Source: Spirochaetia bacterium
GTDB taxonomy: Bacteria > Spirochaetota > Spirochaetia > SZUA-6 > Bin103
DNA: 64,000 nt
Assembly: GCA_965203905.1 (NCBI GenBank)
Contig: CBDBDQ010000005.1
Coordinates: 7,296,001 to 7,360,000 of the forward strand
Direction: 5' to 3'
Shown: one piece after another, positions 57,731-64,000 of the stretch
Layout of the letters: each line of letters begins with the position of its first letter
How positions within the stretch are numbered: position 1 is the first letter of the stretch
Program-made: the position numbers and the translations under genes
The notes under the pieces: generated by a model
Told to the model about the DNA's origin: nothing
What the model saw: only the letters and a program-made list of their open reading frames with translations
The model's database searches: none

Positions 57731-59164
57731 GTGAGTGATCTCGATCTGTGCCTGCGACCCGCCGTGGAGCAGGCGGCCCTGGTGCGGGCGCGGAAGCTGA
57801 GCGCCGGCGAGCTGCTGGCCGCCCACCTGGCGCAGATCGAGCGCCTCAATCCACGGGTCAACGCCATCTGCACCCTGGATGCCGAGGGCGCCACGGCTGC
57901 GGCGGCGCGGCTCGACGCCGAACTCGCAGCAGGGGCAGAGCCGGGCCCGCTCGCCGGGCTGCCGGTCGCGGTCAAGGATCTGGTCGACGTGGCCGGGCTG
58001 CCCACCACCCGCGGATCGCCCATCTTTCGGAGTGCCGTCGCCGACCACGACGACCTGATGGTGCAGCGCATGCGCGCCGCCGGAGCCGTGATCGTGGGCA
58101 AGAGCAACGTGCCCGAGTTCGGCGCCGGGTCGCACACCTTCAACACCGTGTTCGGAGTGACCCGCAATCCCTGGGACCTGGGTCGCTCCGCGGGCGGCAG
58201 CAGCGGCGGCGGCGCCGCGGCACTGACCAGCGGCATGGTGGCCGTGGCGGACGGCAGCGACTACGGCGGCTCGGTCCGCAATCCGCCCAACTTCAACAGC
58301 GTGGTGGGGCTGCGGCCCACGCCCGGGCGCATTCCCAAGGTACCGGCGGGCGACCCGTGGGAGACCCTCAGCGTACTCGGTCCCATGGGCCGTACCGTGG
58401 CCGACGCCGCACTGCTGCTCAGCGCGATCGCCGGACCCGACCCGCGCGACCCCACGGCCATCTGCGCAGCTCCCGGATCGTTCGCCGACGTAACGCCCGC
58501 CGACCTCAAGGGCTGCCGGGTCGCATACAGCCCCGACCTCGGGATGCTGCCGGTGGAACCGGCCGTGACCGCCGCGATCGAAGGTGCCCTGCCCCTGCTC
58601 AGCGACCTCGGCTGCGTCGTGGAGCAGGCGCACCCCGATCTCTCCGGCGGCGCGGAGGCGTTCGACGTGATCCGCGCCCTGCGCTTCGCCGCCGACCATG
58701 CCGAGACCCTTCGCCACCACCGCGCGCAGCTCAAGGACACCGTAATCTGGAACATCGAGCGCGGTCTGGCCCTGACCGTGGACCAGATACTCTGCGCCCA
58801 GGAGTTGCGTGCAGTTCAGTTCCTGCGCATGAGCGCGTTCCTGGAACGGTTCGATGTGCTGATCCTTCCGGTTTCGCAGGTGCTTCCGTTTCCAGTCGAG
58901 GTGGACTGGGTGCGCTCCATCGAGGGCGTGTCGATGGCGACCTACATCGACTGGATGCAGAGTTGCTCGCTGATCACCATGACCTCGCACCCGGCGCTGT
59001 CGCTGCCCTGCGGCTTCACCCCCGAGGGTCTGCCGGTGGGCGCCCAGATCGTCGGCCGTTACCGCGGCGAAGCGGACCTGCTGGCCTTCGCCGCCGCCTG
59101 GGAGGCCGCCCTCGGCGTCTCCTCCCGCCGCCCCGCACTGGCGTATGCCGGCGCTCCAGTGTGA
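57731..59164 (+). CDS. Amidase signature family protein
   Basis: 'GLPVAVKD', 'GKSNVPEFG', 'GGSSGG', 'GSDYGGSVRNP'; RBS AGGAGG. Confidence 0.93.
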   Translation: MSDLDLCLRPAVEQAALVRARKLSAGELLAAHLAQIERLNPRVNAICTLDAEGATAAAARLDAELAAGAEPGPLAGLPVAVKDLVDVAGLPTTRGSPIFRSAVADHDDLMVQRMRAAGAVIVGKSNVPEFGAGSHTFNTVFGVTRNPWDLGRSAGGSSGGGAAALTSGMVAVADGSDYGGSVRNPPNFNSVVGLRPTPGRIPKVPAGDPWETLSVLGPMGRTVADAALLLSAIAGPDPRDPTAICAAPGSFADVTPADLKGCRVAYSPDLGMLPVEPAVTAAIEGALPLLSDLGCVVEQAHPDLSGGAEAFDVIRALRFAADHAETLRHHRAQLKDTVIWNIERGLALTVDQILCAQELRAVQFLRMSAFLERFDVLILPVSQVLPFPVEVDWVRSIEGVSMATYIDWMQSCSLITMTSHPALSLPCGFTPEGLPVGAQIVGRYRGEADLLAFAAAWEAALGVSSRRPALAYAGAPV

Positions 59165-59236
59165 CGTACGCCACCGGGTCACGTACCCGACCGCTGTCTG
59201 GCAAACCAGCGGGAATCAGTACATGCTGGAGGCGCC

Positions 59237-59491
59237 GTGGCACCTCGATTGAAGGCAACGGAACTGCGCGAGTATGCCCGCCGTGACTGGGGTGCGCCGG
59301 CAAGGTTGGCACGAGGTCAGCGGGCGATGCTACCGGTCGAGCACAAGGTCAGGCTGGGCATCGAGCTGTACGAAGCGGCGCGAGCCACGCGGCGCGACTG
59401 GCCCGACGAGGCCTCGCGCCGCGCCGACCTGGCGCACCACCGGCGGGTACGCGCGCTCCTGGACCGCGCGGCGCATGTCGGCGCTCGCTGA
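59237..59491 (+). CDS. Small hypothetical protein, partner of the nucleotidyltransferase
   Basis: RBS GGAGG; overlaps the downstream gene. Confidence 0.65.
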   Translation: MAPRLKATELREYARRDWGAPARLARGQRAMLPVEHKVRLGIELYEAARATRRDWPDEASRRADLAHHRRVRALLDRAAHVGAR

Positions 59492-60041
59492 CACGCTGGC
59501 CGCCCTGGTCCGGGTATTTGACGGGCAGGGGCTGCCGTGGTTCGTGTTTGGAGCGCAGGCTATCGCGGTACGCGGAGCCCCGCGGGCGACCCAGGACGTC
59601 GACGTAACCGTCCAGGTAGCTCGGCGTCATCTCCCGGACCTCCTGGCCGGGCTCCAGGCCGCGGGGTTACGTCACCGTTATCCCGACCTGGCGGATGAGC
59701 TGGTCGCCGACGGAGCGGTGCTGCCGCTCTCTCACGCCTCCGGCATGGAAGTGGATCTGGTGCTCGCGGGATCCGGGCTGGAAGCGCTTGCCCTCGCCCG
59801 CGCGACGAAAGTCGCAATTGACGGCGTGGCAGTACCGGTAGCCCATGCCACCGACCTCGCCGTGATGAAGGTGCTTGCCGGCCGCGGCAAGGACCTGGAC
59901 GATTTGCGTTCGCTACTGGCAGGCGGCGAGGTCGATCTCGACGAGGCGCGCGACCTCCTCGGCCAACTCGAGGAAGCACTGGCGCAGAGCGACCTGCTGC
60001 CCCGGCTGGAGCAGGCGATTGCCGAACGCCGCGAGCGTTGA
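59475..60041 (+). CDS. Nucleotidyltransferase (DUF6036/AbiEii-like)
   Basis: 'FGAQA..RATQDVD', 'VDLVL', 'LAVMKVLAGRGKDLDD'. Confidence 0.8.
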   Translation: MSALADTLAALVRVFDGQGLPWFVFGAQAIAVRGAPRATQDVDVTVQVARRHLPDLLAGLQAAGLRHRYPDLADELVADGAVLPLSHASGMEVDLVLAGSGLEALALARATKVAIDGVAVPVAHATDLAVMKVLAGRGKDLDDLRSLLAGGEVDLDEARDLLGQLEEALAQSDLLPRLEQAIAERRER

Positions 60042-60140
60042 AGGGAGCGGCAACGGGAACAGCGGGATCGACGGGTCGCCGCAGGCGAGCGTGCAGAGTT
60101 ATAGTTTGTGGCGATGGCAGTTCTCGGCACCAGCACACGG

Positions 60141-61058
60141 ATGGCGCACGCCGTGTCGCAGCAGCCGCTGTTGGAGGCGATCTCCGAACGCGTGCTGCTG
60201 GCGGACGGAGCCATGGGGACGCAACTGCAGCGGGCAGGCCTCGAACCGGGCGGTGCCGGCGAGGCGTGGAATATCGACAACCCGGACGCGGTGCTGGCGA
60301 TCCAGCGCGGCTACGTCGAGGCCGGTTCGGACTGTCTGCTCAGCAATACGTTCGGTGCCTGCCGCGTCATGCTGGAGCGGCACTCGCTGGCCGACCGCGT
60401 TGCGCCGATCAACGCGCAGGGAGTGGCGCTCGCGCGCGCCGCGTTCGGCGGCCGGCCGGGCTACGTGATCGGCGACATCGGACCGTTCGGCGGCTTGATG
60501 GAGCCGTACGGCGAGGTGCCGCAGGAAGCGGTGCTGGCGGCCTTCCGCGAGCAGGCGGCGGCCCTGGTGGGCGCCGGCGCCGACGCGGTGATCATCGAGA
60601 CCCAGACCGCGCTGGAGGAGATCGGCCTGGGCATCGCCGCCGCCAGGGAAGCCGGTGCCGCCTGCGTCATCGCCTCCATGGCCTTCGACCTGAACCGCGA
60701 CGGCAGGGACGTGCGTACCATGATGGGCGTGCGGGTGGAACAGGCGGCCGAGGTGCTGCAGGATGCCGGCGCCGATATCCTGGCCATCAACTGCGGCACC
60801 GGGGTGGACATGGCCTGGGCCGCGCGGATCCTCGAACGCTACCGCTCGGCCTCCGATCTGCCGCTCATGGCCAAGCCCAACAACGGCCTTCCGGAGCTTG
60901 TCGACATGGAGGTGGTGTACCGCCAGACCCCGGAGCAGATGGTGGTCGGCCTCGACGCGGTGCTCGCCGCCGGCGCCCGCATCGTCGGCGGCTGCTGCGG
61001 CACCACCGCCGAGCACGTGCGCCGCCTCCGGGGCGTGGTCGACGCCTGGAACGAATAG
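60141..61058 (+). CDS. Homocysteine S-methyltransferase family protein (stand-alone MetH N-terminal domain)
   Basis: 'DGAMGTQL', 'NTFG', 'IETQ', 'INC', 'PNNGLP', 'GGCCGT'. Confidence 0.92.
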   Translation: MAHAVSQQPLLEAISERVLLADGAMGTQLQRAGLEPGGAGEAWNIDNPDAVLAIQRGYVEAGSDCLLSNTFGACRVMLERHSLADRVAPINAQGVALARAAFGGRPGYVIGDIGPFGGLMEPYGEVPQEAVLAAFREQAAALVGAGADAVIIETQTALEEIGLGIAAAREAGAACVIASMAFDLNRDGRDVRTMMGVRVEQAAEVLQDAGADILAINCGTGVDMAWAARILERYRSASDLPLMAKPNNGLPELVDMEVVYRQTPEQMVVGLDAVLAAGARIVGGCCGTTAEHVRRLRGVVDAWNE

Positions 61059-61075
61059 GGCGTCCCAGGCTCCCG

Positions 61076-62266
61076 CTACGCCGGCACCTCGTTCACCACG
61101 AGCCGCAGTTCCGCCGCCACCAGGCGGCGCTCCGCCTCGGTTCCCACGCTCAGGCGGATGCAACGGTCGAGGGGCGGCGCCCCCGGCTTGCGCACGAACA
61201 CCCCGCGTTCGATGAGGGCACCCATCACCGCTTCCGCCCGCCCCCGGGTGCCGAGATCGAAGCACACGAAGTTGGTCTCCGACGGCAGGGTCGGCAGCCC
61301 CAGCGCGCGCCCCAGCTCGTGGTACGCGGCGCGGCCGGCGGCGACCTCGCGGGCCACCCCGGCCACGAACGCCGCATCCGCCAGTGAGGCCCGGGCCGCC
61401 TCCTGGGCCACCCGGCTCACCCCGAACTGCAGGCGCAGCTTGTTCAGCCCCGTGCACACCGCGGGGGCGCCCACCGCGTACGCGATGCGCGCCCCCGCCA
61501 TGCCATGCGCCTTGGAGAAGGTGCGCAGGACCACTACCCGGGGATCGTCCGTGAGCAGGGAGCGCGCCGGGGCGGTGGGCGCATAGTCGATGTACGCCTC
61601 GTCCAGCGCCAGGATGCAGCCGCTGGGAAGCGCGGCGACGAAATCCCGCACCGCGCCCTCCGCCTGCCAGGTGCCGGAAGGATTGTCCGGGTTCGCCAGG
61701 TACACCACGGTGGCGCCGGACGCGGCGCCGGCGGCGCGGGCGCGGATGCTCTCGCTGGCCCGTGCCTGGGCCGCCAGCGCGGCCAGGTCCACGTGGTCGT
61801 CGGCACCGTACGGCACGGCATCCAGCGGCACGCCGAAGGTCGCCGTGTGGTAGGCGAAGGTGGGATAGGAGCCGAAGGCCATCACCGCCCGGCCGCCGTC
61901 AGTCGCGAAGGCCCGAACCACGAGGGCGAGCAGATCGTCGATGCCGGCGCCTACCAGCACCTGGTCCACGTCGACCCCGTGATGCGCCGCCAGATCGGCG
62001 CGCAGGTCGTAGTTCTCCGGATCCCCGTACCAGGAGAGCCGCTCGATGGCGGCAGCGGCGGCGGCCCGCGCGCGCGGCGACATGCCGAAAGCGCTCTCGT
62101 TGGCCCCGACCCGGACCCGGAACCTGCGGCCGGTGTCGCGCTCCAGTGCCTCCGGCCCGACGAAGGGGTTGGCCGCATCCAGGCCGGCCACCAGCCTGGC
62201 AAACGGGGGCGCGCCCTGCGCCGCCGGGTCACGCTGACTAGGTTCCACGGCTGCCGATCCTAACAC
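61076..62266 (-). CDS. PLP-dependent aminotransferase class I/II (HisC-like)
   Basis: 'GANES', 'NPDNPSG', 'LDEAY', 'RTFSKAHGMAGARI'; start uncertain. Confidence 0.9.
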   Translation of the reverse strand: MLGSAAVEPSQRDPAAQGAPPFARLVAGLDAANPFVGPEALERDTGRRFRVRVGANESAFGMSPRARAAAAAAIERLSWYGDPENYDLRADLAAHHGVDVDQVLVGAGIDDLLALVVRAFATDGGRAVMAFGSYPTFAYHTATFGVPLDAVPYGADDHVDLAALAAQARASESIRARAAGAASGATVVYLANPDNPSGTWQAEGAVRDFVAALPSGCILALDEAYIDYAPTAPARSLLTDDPRVVVLRTFSKAHGMAGARIAYAVGAPAVCTGLNKLRLQFGVSRVAQEAARASLADAAFVAGVAREVAAGRAAYHELGRALGLPTLPSETNFVCFDLGTRGRAEAVMGALIERGVFVRKPGAPPLDRCIRLSVGTEAERRLVAAELRLVVNEVPA

Positions 62267-62295
62267 ACCCCGTGCCGCCCGCGACGCCGACGGGA

Positions 62296-62748
62296 TCAGT
62301 TGTCAGCCTCGTCCTTGTCCCCGTCCTCGTCCTGAGACGTGGCCTTGATGAGCGTCACGACGTTGCAGCCCTCTTCCCGGCGGTATTCGACGGTGTCCAT
62401 CATCTGGTGCACCAGGAACAGCCCCAGACCGCCAAGGGGAGTGTCTTCGAGCGACGTATCGAGGTCGCGTTCCGGCACCAGCGCCAGATCGAACGGCATG
62501 CTGTCGTCCACGATCACCACCACCAGGGACTGCTCTTCCAGGCGCACGATGATCTCGATCTGGTGGCGCTCGTCATCCTCGTAGCCGTAGCTGATGGTGT
62601 TGGTCAGGATCTCGTCGATCGCCAGGTTGAGCGCGTAGGCGGCGTGCTGCAGGTCATGCGCCGCGCAGAACCCGTCGATCTGTGCCGCGGCACCCGCAAT
62701 CTCGCGCAGCTCATTGGCGAGCGAGATCTCCAGCCACTGGTCACTCAT
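62296..62748 (-). CDS. RsbW-like anti-sigma factor / Ser-Thr kinase (HATPase)
   Basis: 'LAIDEILTNTISYG', 'DD..PFD', 'GGLGLFLVHQMMD..Y..N'. Confidence 0.88.
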   Translation of the reverse strand: MSDQWLEISLANELREIAGAAAQIDGFCAAHDLQHAAYALNLAIDEILTNTISYGYEDDERHQIEIIVRLEEQSLVVVIVDDSMPFDLALVPERDLDTSLEDTPLGGLGLFLVHQMMDTVEYRREEGCNVVTLIKATSQDEDGDKDEADN

Positions 62749-64000
62749 TCTTCACGCAGGGAGCGCAGGAAGTAATCGCTCAGCGGCTTGGCCAGATAGC
62801 TGAGCGGAGAACGCTCTCCGGTCTGGATGTGGATCTCCACCGGCATGCCGGGCGTCAGGGTGAGGCCGGCGGTCCGCAGCCTGCCGGACTCCGCGGGCCC
62901 GCCCAGGGTCACTTCGACCACGTACCACGCCCGGCCGCTGTCGTCGTCGCGCACGGCGTCTCCCGAGACCCGCCGTACCTGCCCCTCGTACTCCGGCGTC
63001 GTACGCGCCGGAAAGGCGCTGAAGCGCAGCTTTGCCGGCTGCCCCGGGTACACCTGGTCGACGTGGATCGGCGCGAGCTGCGCCTTCGCCACCAGGTCCG
63101 CTCCCGCCGGCACGATCTGCAGGATCGGCTCACCCGGCAGCACCACCTCGCGCGGCGCGAATACCCGCATGCCGAACACCTCACCCGTCACCGGGGCGCG
63201 CACCTCCAGCCGCCCCAGGCGCTCGCGGACCGCGGCCAGCCGCTCCCGCACCTCGTTCTCGCGGGAGTGGACCTCGCGCGCCTGCTCCTCCGCCTCCTCG
63301 ATCCGCCTGGTGTCGATCTGCAGGATCAGGAGCTCGTATTCCGCGATGCGGCTGCGCGTGCGGGCGATGGCGGCGGTGTTGGTCCCCGCCTGTCCCCGCA
63401 GGTTCTCCGCGGCGCGCTCCAGTGAGAGCAGCGCGCTGCGGTCCATGCCGCCCTGCTCGACCAGCCTGCGCCTGGCGCCGAGTTCCTCGGCGAGCAGCAC
63501 GCTCTGCTGCTGCAGCGCCGCGGCCCGCGCCTCCAGCCCGGCGATCTCCTGCCGCGCCTGCGCGATCCGTTCGCGCAGCCGCGCCACTTCGCCGGTGCGC
63601 GCGTCGTTACGCGCCCGGAACAGCCGCTCCTGCCCCGCGAGGATCTCCCGTACGTCCGCGTCGCTGGTGCCGAGCGCGGCGAGCTCCGGGTCCCACGCCA
63701 CGGTGTCCGCGTTGCGGAACTCCGCCTCCAGCCGGTTGCGCCGTGCCACCAGCTCGACATGCTGCGCCCGCAGGATCGCCGCTTCCGAGCGCGGCAGCGC
63801 ATCGTCGAACCGCAGCAGCACGTCACCGGCCGCTACCTCGGCACCGTCCCGCACCATGATCTCGCTCACCGTGCCGCCGTCGATGTGCTCCACGACCTGG
63901 TTGTGGCTCTCGGTCGCCACCCAGCCGCTCACGATCACGGCGCCGGAAATCGAGGCGAGCACGCTCCAGCCGGCGATTCCGCCAACCAGCACCGCCAGCG
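62745..64000 (-). CDS. HlyD family type I secretion periplasmic adaptor (5' end outside the window)
   Basis: 'VEHIDGGTV', long coiled coil, 'VRAPVTGEV', 'TPGMPVE..IQTGERSPLSYLAKP'. Confidence 0.93.
   Translation of the reverse strand, partial: LAVLVGGIAGWSVLASISGAVIVSGWVATESHNQVVEHIDGGTVSEIMVRDGAEVAAGDVLLRFDDALPRSEAAILRAQHVELVARRNRLEAEFRNADTVAWDPELAALGTSDADVREILAGQERLFRARNDARTGEVARLRERIAQARQEIAGLEARAAALQQQSVLLAEELGARRRLVEQGGMDRSALLSLERAAENLRGQAGTNTAAIARTRSRIAEYELLILQIDTRRIEEAEEQAREVHSRENEVRERLAAVRERLGRLEVRAPVTGEVFGMRVFAPREVVLPGEPILQIVPAGADLVAKAQLAPIHVDQVYPGQPAKLRFSAFPARTTPEYEGQVRRVSGDAVRDDDSGRAWYVVEVTLGGPAESGRLRTAGLTLTPGMPVEIHIQTGERSPLSYLAKPLSDYFLRSLREE

Noticed and set aside
60141-61058. 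Apparently truncated metH
   Set aside because: Stand-alone homocysteine-binding domains are common in split methionine synthase systems, and the ORF is complete.

Overview
High-GC bacterial window with no rRNA, tRNA, CRISPR array, integrase or intact transposase that I could recognise. The solute-binding protein leaders ('AFGAGEQE', 'AFASGEEE') and the gene mix suggest a high-GC Spirochaetaceae-like organism, possibly a sponge or other host symbiont; this is inference only. Layout: (1) 1-25.7 kb is an accessory strip with four GNATs, a low-GC SDH/Clp-fold protease, an ABC-F protein, VapBC, VOC/FMN reductase/SDR, a heterodimeric ABC exporter, three paralogous three-gene ABC-2 systems, two HAD hydrolases, a methyltransferase and a NUDIX hydrolase. 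(2) 26-39.9 kb holds DUF222-HNH, a thermonuclease between inverted repeats, a GNAT, a second exporter pair, sugar ABC genes, GPP34 and PhyH. (3) 40-48.7 kb holds a 1.9-kb direct repeat of an AAA-ATPase/PD-(D/E)XK gene around a retropepsin pair and a HicA pseudogene, then an all-repeat RTX protein. (4) 50.8-56.5 kb is a decayed defence-like island: TcmP pseudogene, DUF5131, truncated DUF499, ParA with a partner gene and a receiver pseudogene. (5) 56.5-64 kb holds a Zn-dehydrogenase, an amidase, a nucleotidyltransferase pair, a homocysteine methyltransferase domain, an aminotransferase, an RsbW-like kinase and a T1SS HlyD adaptor. The strongest unexplained signal is a ~22-bp IS1-like terminal motif that brackets single passenger genes with no transposase (27767-28674, probably also 19982-20748), suggesting non-autonomous gene cassettes. 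A 19-nt perfect hairpin inserted in frame in both AAA-ATPase copies and many deletion-scarred gene remnants are also notable. All family assignments come from motif recognition by eye, not from database searches.
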